From the NCBI RefSeq assembly GCF_009914755.1, contig NC_060925.1: 64,000 nucleotides of DNA. One strand, given 5' to 3'. The notes under the pieces are model-generated. The model saw only the letters and a program-made list of their open reading frames with translations, made no database searches and had not been told where the DNA came from. Shown one piece after another: positions 56,491-64,000 of the stretch. The translations under genes were made by a program, and so were the position numbers. The number at the start of each line of letters is the position of its first letter. The stretch's first letter is position 1. Source of the DNA: the human T2T-CHM13v2.0 reference genome, Homo sapiens.

Positions 56491-56803
56491 CAACCATTCC
56501 TCAATATCCATGGGCATTGCTTCCAGAACCCTCTTGCAGATACTAAATTTTGCAGATATTCAAGTCTCTCATATAAAATTATGTAGTATTTGCATATAAC
56601 CTAGGAACATCCTCCTGTATACTTTAAAACATCTCTAGATCATTTATAGTATCTAATACAATGCAAATGCTATGTAAATAGTTGTTATATTGTATTTTTT
56701 AATTTGTATTATGTTTTACTTCTGTATTTTTTTCCCGAATATTTTCTATCCATGGTTGGTTGAATCTGCTGATGCAGTCCCTGGGGAAAGAGAAGGCTGA
56801 CTG
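56491..56803 (+). mobile_element. MER2 (TcMar-Tigger MITE) nested in the old L1
   Basis: TA flanks; GTAGTATTTGCATATAACCTA...CTCCTGTATACTTTAAA core. Confidence 0.85.
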
Positions 56804-57053
56804 TATAAATAAATAGGGGAGAAGAGACAAATTTCCATTGCAGACAAATTCTGCACAATTTATGCATATACGCTGCATAAATCTGCACTTTTAAAATGTG
56901 GGCTGTAGATAATGACTTTGCTCCACAAAAGTCTCTATAGAAAAGGGAGGCAAAAAAGATTACAGTGGAGAAAACTGATAAACACAACTTTAGCCAGGTG
57001 GCCAAGGTCAACGTCAAGAGTGATAAGTCATGCTAACAGTATGTATCTTGATT

Positions 57054-57614
57054 TGTTGTTGGGGAAGCAGCCATCACCACCTGTCCCACTCTAGGAGTTT
57101 GCTGAATCGAGGCTCTGGGTCTGGAAAGTTCCCCAGTATGGAAGTTGGCCCCAGATTCTTCTTACTTATTAGGATAAACTTTCCCTTCTTGTATGTGGTG
57201 AACTTCTTTGTGTTGCTTAAGCACGTGCACCAGATGGTACCTGCCCAGCCCCACCAGTATATCTGCACCCCCAGGGAAGGGAGAGAGTCTCTTGACTATG
57301 GCATAAGAAGGGTTCATTCTGTCCATCACTCTGCATCAGCTCCTGGTAGGGACCCACTTGCCCTGGAAGACTGAGCCCACTACAGATGTTGATCTTGCTG
57401 CAGCTCTTCTCATTTTTGTGAGTACAGAGTTGTTCTAACCAGTGCCTGGTATGTCAAGTCCTCCTTGGCAACTCCTCATCCTTAGAATATGCAGTGGGCT
57501 GAGGTCTGGGGCCTCCTACTGCTGGTGGTTGGCATTGCTATGATCTTTGCTGCCCTCCATGTGGTGGGGACTCTTCCCTCAAATTGGTTGCTGAATCTTC
57601 CTGTTTGGTAGTAG
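57054..57614 (+). mobile_element. GC-richer LTR-like insertion interrupting the L1 3' UTR (ERVL class; family uncertain)
   Basis: Abrupt composition shift, TGTTG start, and the L1 3' UTR resumes at GATATGATTGAC. Confidence 0.5.
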
Positions 57615-59669
57615 GATATGATTGACTTGGCACTTTATCTTTGTGATCTTCCTCATAAAAACCAATTACTCTAGTTGAATTATGAGAAAAATATCAGGCT
57701 AATTCCAAGACAAGGGCATCCTATAAAGTAGTTGACTGGTATTTCTCAAAACTGTCAAGGTCATGGAAAGCATGGAAAGTTTGAGGAACTATTCCAGCCA
57801 AAAGGAATCTAAGATGATATGACTATTAAACGTAATGTGATAACCAGGATGGGGTCCTGGCATGGAAAACGACGTTAGGTAAAGCTAAAAAAACTGGAAC
57901 AAACTATGGATTTTAGTTAACTATAATGTATCAATATTGGTTCATTAATGGTAACAAATGTACCATAGCAATATAAGATGTTAATTATGTGAGCAGGTAT
58001 GAGGAAACTCTATGTACTATCTTTTCAATTTTTTTCACAAATCTAAAACTATCTTGAAAAATAAAGTCTATTATTTTAAAATATTTTTGTTATATGGTAG
58101 CAGTTGGATACAATGTTTTCACTGAAGCTCTGAAAGAATATATGCCTGTATTCCCTTTTGAAGGCATATAGGCAACAATGTTTTAATATTATTTTCGTGT
58201 CATTAGTATTTATAGTATAGATAGCTAAACGAACATAAAAGTGAGTTTATTTAAGAAATGAAAAAATGACTGCTTCTCATATTTTGACCAGTGGCCAAAT
58301 ATGTCTATCTGGAGATTACTCCTAGAACAGCTCACGTGTGAACCTAGGAGCTAGTCTCGAACCTGAGTGAGAAAGAAAGCCTGTGTGTTAGCTTAAAAGT
58401 GTGGATCTTGGTGTTCTTCAAAGCACAGTCCATGAGAGCTGAGAGCCCTGACTTAGAGGAATTCACTCTGGAAAGAAAATGGGGAAGACACAAAGCACAG
58501 CACTTTCATGTGAAAGTGGACGTGAAGCTGATGAAACTGTTCCCGGGACTGAATCTGGCTTTCTGCACAGCAGAAGCAATGACTGCCTATGTGTGAAATG
58601 ACACGCTGGAGCCCTTGCTAGGATAGAAAGGGCTTAAGGAATCCCTCTTTAATGTTCTGCTTATGAAATTTGAGGAGACAAATTTTTCCTTAACAGGAAT
58701 AACTTTTAAAAGATGAAAGAAAGCATAAAATAGATGCTCTGAGCTAAGGCAGAACGATCAAATGCAGCATCTGGGAAACTTGGTGGTGAGCAGTGTGTGT
58801 CTGAGAGGAGGAAGGGAAATGCTGAGTCTCTGTGGATTGTATTAAGAGTACAAAACTCCTTAACACACAGAGGGTGAATCCCCCCGTAAAATATGTCGTA
58901 GATACCAACCAGGTAGGAGCAATGCCTCTTGGGGAGGTGGGGTACAGATGCCACACTTTAAAACTGGACTATCTTCTGTACTGCGTGTACATCAGAGATG
59001 ACTAAGCTACTAGGTGTGAGGTCACACAAATACTGCTGTGGAGGATCTATGCTACGCCCAGAAGAAGGAGAGGTAACTGAAGGCCCTGGGGACAGAGATG
59101 GTGTTTTAAATTTTTATTCCATCAGGAGGTTGAGAGTCAGAAAAGAAAGAAGTATTTGGAAAGAGAAGAGCAATGTGTACAGGACTTGTGAAAGAACAGG
59201 AAGTGGTTTGCAGTGTGAGGACTGCCTTGGAAGGGCATGGGCACTTTTTCATGTCCAGCCTCTTCTGTCCTGCCCTTTATCCTCACTTCTAGTGTAGCTG
59301 TGAAATGGTACGTGCTCACAAAAGCCTGTGCATTTGTCGGTCATTGCACTTGCAGCTGACATTGTCACTGTGTAGTAGACTGTATTAAGGGATGGAGATG
59401 GCTGTTGTACTCCCCGACTTGACTTACAAGGAGTTCTCTGCTTACGCATTTATGAAGGATGAACTTATGAACAGGAGAAGTCAGTCTGGAAAGGGAAGGA
59501 TTAGACTGAATGAAAATCCCAGGAAGATGGAAGTTTCCATCTGTAACTTCAGCATCTAGTATCATGCCTGACATAGAGCACAGTCTCAGTAGATTTGTAT
59601 TTAATTAATCATTTACTTAATTAGTTACTGTGAACTACAGTGTACATTTAGAAAAGAGAAAAATCATTG

Positions 59670-59900
59670 TAGTCAAGGGAGGATGGATTTGAATTCTAGA
59701 TCTTCCACGTCTTAGTACTGTGACTTACGGGAAGTTTTTAGAAACTTGCTTTCTACATGTACAAAAGAACAATATTCATATTTATTTCACAATGTTGTAA
59801 AGAGAATTACATAATGTAGAAATAGATAGACAGACACATACCATTCTTTAAAAGGCCAGTTAGAGCAGGTACAGATATTAGAATTGTAGTTATGATTGCT
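59670..59900 (+). mobile_element. MIR
   Basis: GGATTTGAATTCTAGATCTTCCAC...CTGTGACTTACGGGAAGTT MIR core. Confidence 0.6.
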
Positions 59901-60097
59901 TTTATTATTATTTCATGGCTTTTTCCCACATTGGCATAGGTTATATGTCATCAAGGGCAGAGAAAATATCTTTTTCCCTCTTTTGTGTTCCTTGGTATAA
60001 CGTAGCCAAGTATGCATTTATTTCTATTTATCTAAATCTGTGTAACTGTGAGCAAAATTAATTTTACTACAATGTAAATTTGATAGTGAAAATATAC

Positions 60098-60165
60098 AAA
60101 AATATTATAATTCCACATTATAAAAATATTATAATTCCACAATATAAAATATTATAATTCCACAA
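60098..60165. repeat. ~24-bp tandem repeat, ~3 copies
   Basis: AAAATATTATAATTCCACA(T/A)TAT repeated. Confidence 0.9.
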
Positions 60166-60853
60166 AGTATGTAGATGTCACCCAATGATAAAGATAGGAC
60201 ACATATCAATATACAGCTACCCCACCTTAGGACTCATAACCAGTTTACCTATACATTTCAGAGTTAATTCACTGCACTTGCTAACCCACTGAAATTTCAT
60301 AGGAGCATGCAACCACAAAGTCATCACAATTCAGTCATTTTCCAGCTATCACTTTGAAGACTTTCATTTATCACAGTTTTGGGAAATAAGATTTTCAGTT
60401 TCTCTGACTTCCTCAATAAATAATGTGACCATTTAATAAATATGTGTTTCTTTAGTAAGCAGGCTCTGCCCATGTTGAAGAAAGTCTTTTGGGATCATTT
60501 ATTCCTACACACCGGGGAGGGCTGGCACTACATACCAATTTAATGCCAGTATTCTCTTTCCATGACTACAAATAATAAAAATAGCCTTTTGCTTTTAAAG
60601 TTTGTTCTCCAATAAAATATGTAAAAAATAGAAACAAATGTCTTATTAGTTTCATGTAGGTATTGTTTTACTATTTATTATTGTGCTTGCATTTCAAGAA
60701 AAAGTCAAAGATACAAAGGTATAAAGAAAAACCAGAATGTTTCTCTCTATCTCTCTCTCCCTCATAGCATCCTTTTGAATGTTTATTACCAATTCTGAGA
60801 AAAATAAACCTCAAAGAATACCTAGCCCTTTCTTTACCATTGCTTTCTCTCAA

Positions 60854-60856
<3 letters not shown>

Positions 60857-60899
<43 letters not shown>
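60857..60899. repeat. (CA)21 microsatellite
   Basis: Uninterrupted CA run. Confidence 0.97.
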
Positions 60900-60901
<2 letters not shown>

Positions 60902-61631
60902 GCTCCTTGTCAATGAGGCTGGCTGATAACAAAGGAAGACATGGTGACTTTGCTTAGTGCTTGCATGAAAACATCCTTCCTTTCTGCCCACCCTGCCACT
61001 CACCGTCAAGCTACAAGAAAAGCTATGGGCCTCAAAATCTTTGGTTAGTGCTAGGCGAAAGGCAGAAGAGGAAGATAGATGCTAACGTTTTGAAGTGACT
61101 AGATAGAATTCAGATAAACCAAAAGGAAAATATTAACATTTTGAAGAAAGAAAAATCAGTTTTTATCTTTACACAGAAAAGTTGGGTGGAATTTTTCTAT
61201 TTCCATATTTCTCTATAGGACCATGGGAACATTGCACATTACATCTTGTGTGTGCATGCACACACACACACGTACATGTGCTTTTGTGCATGCGTGCACA
61301 TGTTCAGCTAATTTACGTGGTAAATACAACTCTTCCTTCTGATTTCAATATGCATAATCTCATTTAATATTTGAGCTCTCCTGACAGACAGTTTGTTCAG
61401 CAAATACTGAGAAACACTCACCATCAGTTTAGAATATAAAATTCCCTTAACACCCATCTGAGTTATTTGTCTGAATGTCTTCTACAAAGGCCTCAGCCCT
61501 ATAACTAAAATGAGATAGACATGAGTGCACAGTTGTTCATTGTTCTTTCACTTGACTTATTAATCGTTATATGATTTACTGGATTTGCTTCTTTTTTTTA
61601 CAATAGCTTTATTGAGATATAGTTTACATAC

Positions 61632-62017
61632 TGTCAGGCCTCTGAGCCTAAGCTAAGCCATCATATCCCCTGTGACCTAAATGTACACATGTAGGTGGCC
61701 TGTTCCTGCCTTAACTGATGACATTCTACCACAAAAGAAATGAAAATGGCCTGTTCCTGCCTTAACTGATGGCATTATCTTGTGAAATTCCTTCTTCTGG
61801 CTCAAAAGCCCCTTTACTGAGCACCTTGTGACCTCTACTCCTGCCTGCCAGAGAACAACCTCCCTTTTTCCTTTACTTACCTAAATCCTATAAAACGGTC
61901 CTACCCCATCTCCTTTCGCTGACTCTCTTTTCGGACTCAGCTTGCCTGCACCTAGGTGATTAAAAGCTTTATTGCTCACACAAAGCCTGTTTGGTGGTCA
62001 CACAGACACACATGAAA
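61632..62017 (+). mobile_element. HERV-H 5' LTR (LTR7)
   Basis: TGTCAGGCCTCTGAGCC start, duplicated TGGCCTGTTCCTGCCTTAACTGATG block, TATAAAA 61889-61895, ATTAAA, ...CATGAAA end followed by the PBS. Confidence 0.97.
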
Positions 62018-62019
62018 TT

Positions 62020-62037
62020 TGGTGCCGTGACTCGGAT
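62020..62037 (+). promoter_or_regulatory. Primer binding site complementary to tRNA-His
   Basis: TGGTGCCGTGACTCGGAT is the reverse complement of the 3' 18 nt of tRNA-His(GTG) including CCA. Confidence 0.95.
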
Positions 62038-62621
62038 CAGGGGACCTCCCTTAGGAGACCAATCCCCTGTCCTCCTGTTCTTTGCTCCGGAAGAAAGATC
62101 CACCTACGACATCAGTTCCTCTGACCAACCAGCCCAAGGAACATCTCACCGATTTTAAATCCGGTAAGCAGCCTCTTTTTACTCTCTTCTCCAACCTCCC
62201 TCACTATCCCTCAACCTCTTTCTCCTTTCAATCTTGGCGCCACACTTCAATCTCTCCCTTCTCTTAATTTCAATTCCTTTCATTTTCTGGTAGAGACAAA
62301 GGAGACACGTTTTATCCCTGGACCCAGAACTCCGGCGCTGGTCACGGACTGGGAAGGCAGGCTTCCCTTGGTGTTTAATCATCGCAAGGACGCCTCTGAT
62401 TATTCACCCACGTTTCAGAGGTGTCAGACCACGCAGGGACACCTGCCTTGGTCCTTCACCCTTAGTGGCAAGTCCCACTTTTCTGGGGGAAGGGCAAGTA
62501 CCCCAGCCCCTTCTCTCCGTGTCTCTACCCCTCTCCGCTTTTCTGGAGGAGGGTTAAGAACCCCTCAACCCCTTCTCCTTCACTCTTAGCGGCAAGTCCC
62601 GCTTTTCTAGGGGGCAAGAAC

Positions 62622-62900
62622 CCCCAATCCCTTATTTCTGTGCCCTGACCTCTTATCTCTGCACCCCAATCCCTTATTTCCATGCCCCAGCCTCTTATCT
62701 CTGTACCCCATCCCTTATTTCTGCACTCTGACCTCTTATCTCTGTGCCCCAATCCCTTATTTCTGCACCCCGACCTCTTATCTCTGCACCCCGATCCCTT
62801 ATTTCCATGCCCAGATCTCATCTCTGCGCCCCCATCTCTTATTTCCACACTCCGACCTCTTATCTCTGCGCCCCAACCCCTTATTTCTGCACCCCGACCC
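62622..62900 (+). repeat. 21-bp tandem array (13 units) in the HERV-H leader
   Basis: Alternating CCCCAATCCCTTATTTCTGCA and CCCCGACCTCTTATCTCTGCA-type units. Confidence 0.92.
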
Positions 62901-64000
62901 CTTTCTCGCTTTTCTGGAGGGTAAGAACCCCCGAACCCCTTCCCTCCGTGTCTCTACTCTCTCTTTTCTCTGGGCTTGCCTCCTTCACTATAGGCAATCT
63001 TCCACCCTCCATTCCTCTTTCTTCTCCCTTAGCCTGTGTTCTTAAGAACTTAAAACCTCTTCAATTCTCACCTGACCTAAAATCTAAGCATCTTATTTTC
63101 TTCTGCAATGCCGCTTGACCCCAATACAAACTCGACAGTAGTTCCAAATAGTCAGAAAATGGCACTTTCAATTTTTCCATCTTGCAAGATCTAAATAATT
63201 CTTGTCGTAAAATAGGCAAACTGTCTGAGGTGCCTGACGTCCAGGCCTTCTTTTACACATCAGTCCCTCCCTAGTCTCTGTGCCCAGTGCAACTCATCCC
63301 AAATCTTCCTTCTTTCCCTCCCGCCTGTCCCCTCAGTCCCAACCCCAAGCGTCTTTGAGTCTTTCTAATCTTCCTTTTCTACAGACCCATCTGACCTCTC
63401 CCTTCCTCCCCAGGCTGCTCCTCGCCAGGCTGAGCTATGTCCCAATTCTTCCTCAGCCTCTGCTCCTCCACCCTATAATCCTTCTACCACCTCCCCTCTT
63501 CACACCTGGTCCGGCTTATAGTTTCGTTCAGTGACTAGCCCTCCCTCACCTGCCCAGCAATTTACTCTTAAAAAGGTGGCTGAAGCTAAAGGCATAGTCA
63601 AGGTTAATGCTCCTTTTTCTTTATCAGACCTCTCCCAAATCAGTGAGCGTTTAGGCTCTTTCATCAAATATGAAAAACCCAGCCCGGTTCATGGCTCATT
63701 CGGCAGCAACCCTGAGACGCTTAACAGCCCTAGACCCTAAAAGGTCAAAAGGCCGTCTTATTCTCAATATACATTTTATTACCCAATCTGCTCCCGACAT
63801 TAAATAAAACTCCAAAAATTAAATTCCGGCCCTCAAACCCTACAACAACACTTAATTAACCTCACCTTCAAGGTGTACAATAATAGAGGCAGCCAAGTAG
63901 CAACATATTTCTGAGTTGCAATTCTTTGCCTCCACTGTGAGACAAACCCCAGCCACATCTCCAGCACACAAGAACTCCAAACTCCTAAACTGCAGCTGCC

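Larger units (their letters stand above)
53455..58075 (+). mobile_element. Old L1 (L1MD/L1MC-like): 5' UTR and ORF1 remnant joined to the 3' end, most of ORF2 absent
   Basis: ORF1-like CCAGCAAAATTATCCTTCAAAAGTGAA (~55140). At ~55625 it jumps to ORF2-end/3' UTR motifs (GGAAGCAACCAAGATGTCCTTCAGTAGGTGAATGG). Terminal AATAAAG at ~58060. Confidence 0.75.
62018..64000 (+). mobile_element. HERV-H internal region (leader, splice donor CCG|GTAAGC at 62163/62164, decayed gag); continues beyond the window
   Basis: Follows the PBS; C-rich HERV-H leader; gag-like remnant VKVNAPFSLSDLSQISERLGSF (63531-63740). Confidence 0.95.

Noticed and set aside
62020-62037. tRNA-His-like sequence as a tRNA gene
   Set aside because: It is only the 18-nt complement of the tRNA 3' end, i.e. 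the retroviral PBS.
62525-63118. Overlapping repeat-protein ORFs on both strands; CRISPR-like look of the array
   Set aside because: The open frames follow from the 21-bp period. There are no unique spacers and the context is a primate ERV leader.

Overview
Primate (human-like) AT-rich, repeat-dominated, gene-poor DNA. No multi-exon protein-coding gene is supportable. The window runs from the 3' end of a HERV-L provirus (internal end + MLT2A-type LTR) to the 5' 2.4 kb of a HERV-H provirus (LTR7, tRNA-His PBS, leader, gag remnant). Between them lie about 12 solo LTRs (LTR1-, MER39-like, MER67, LTR9, LTR8, LTR47-like, LTR16, MLT1, THE1), nine Alus or Alu fragments, two near full-length decayed L1s (L1MA2-like +, L1PB -), older L1M/L2/MIR pieces, two MER2 and a hAT-Blackjack transposase fossil. 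The only cellular-gene sequence is a full-length processed RPL39 retrocopy with an uninterrupted 51-codon ORF, too short for the ORF track. Best leads: an APOBEC3G-like plus-strand C-to-T cluster in the HERV-H 5' LTR; an L1-retroposed, polyadenylated LTR9 R-region RNA; perfect splice donors in LTR1 and LTR8 that could form an LTR-driven spliced lncRNA; and a perfect DUX4 motif beside a THE1 LTR. Repeat family names and consensus comparisons come from recall, not from a database search.
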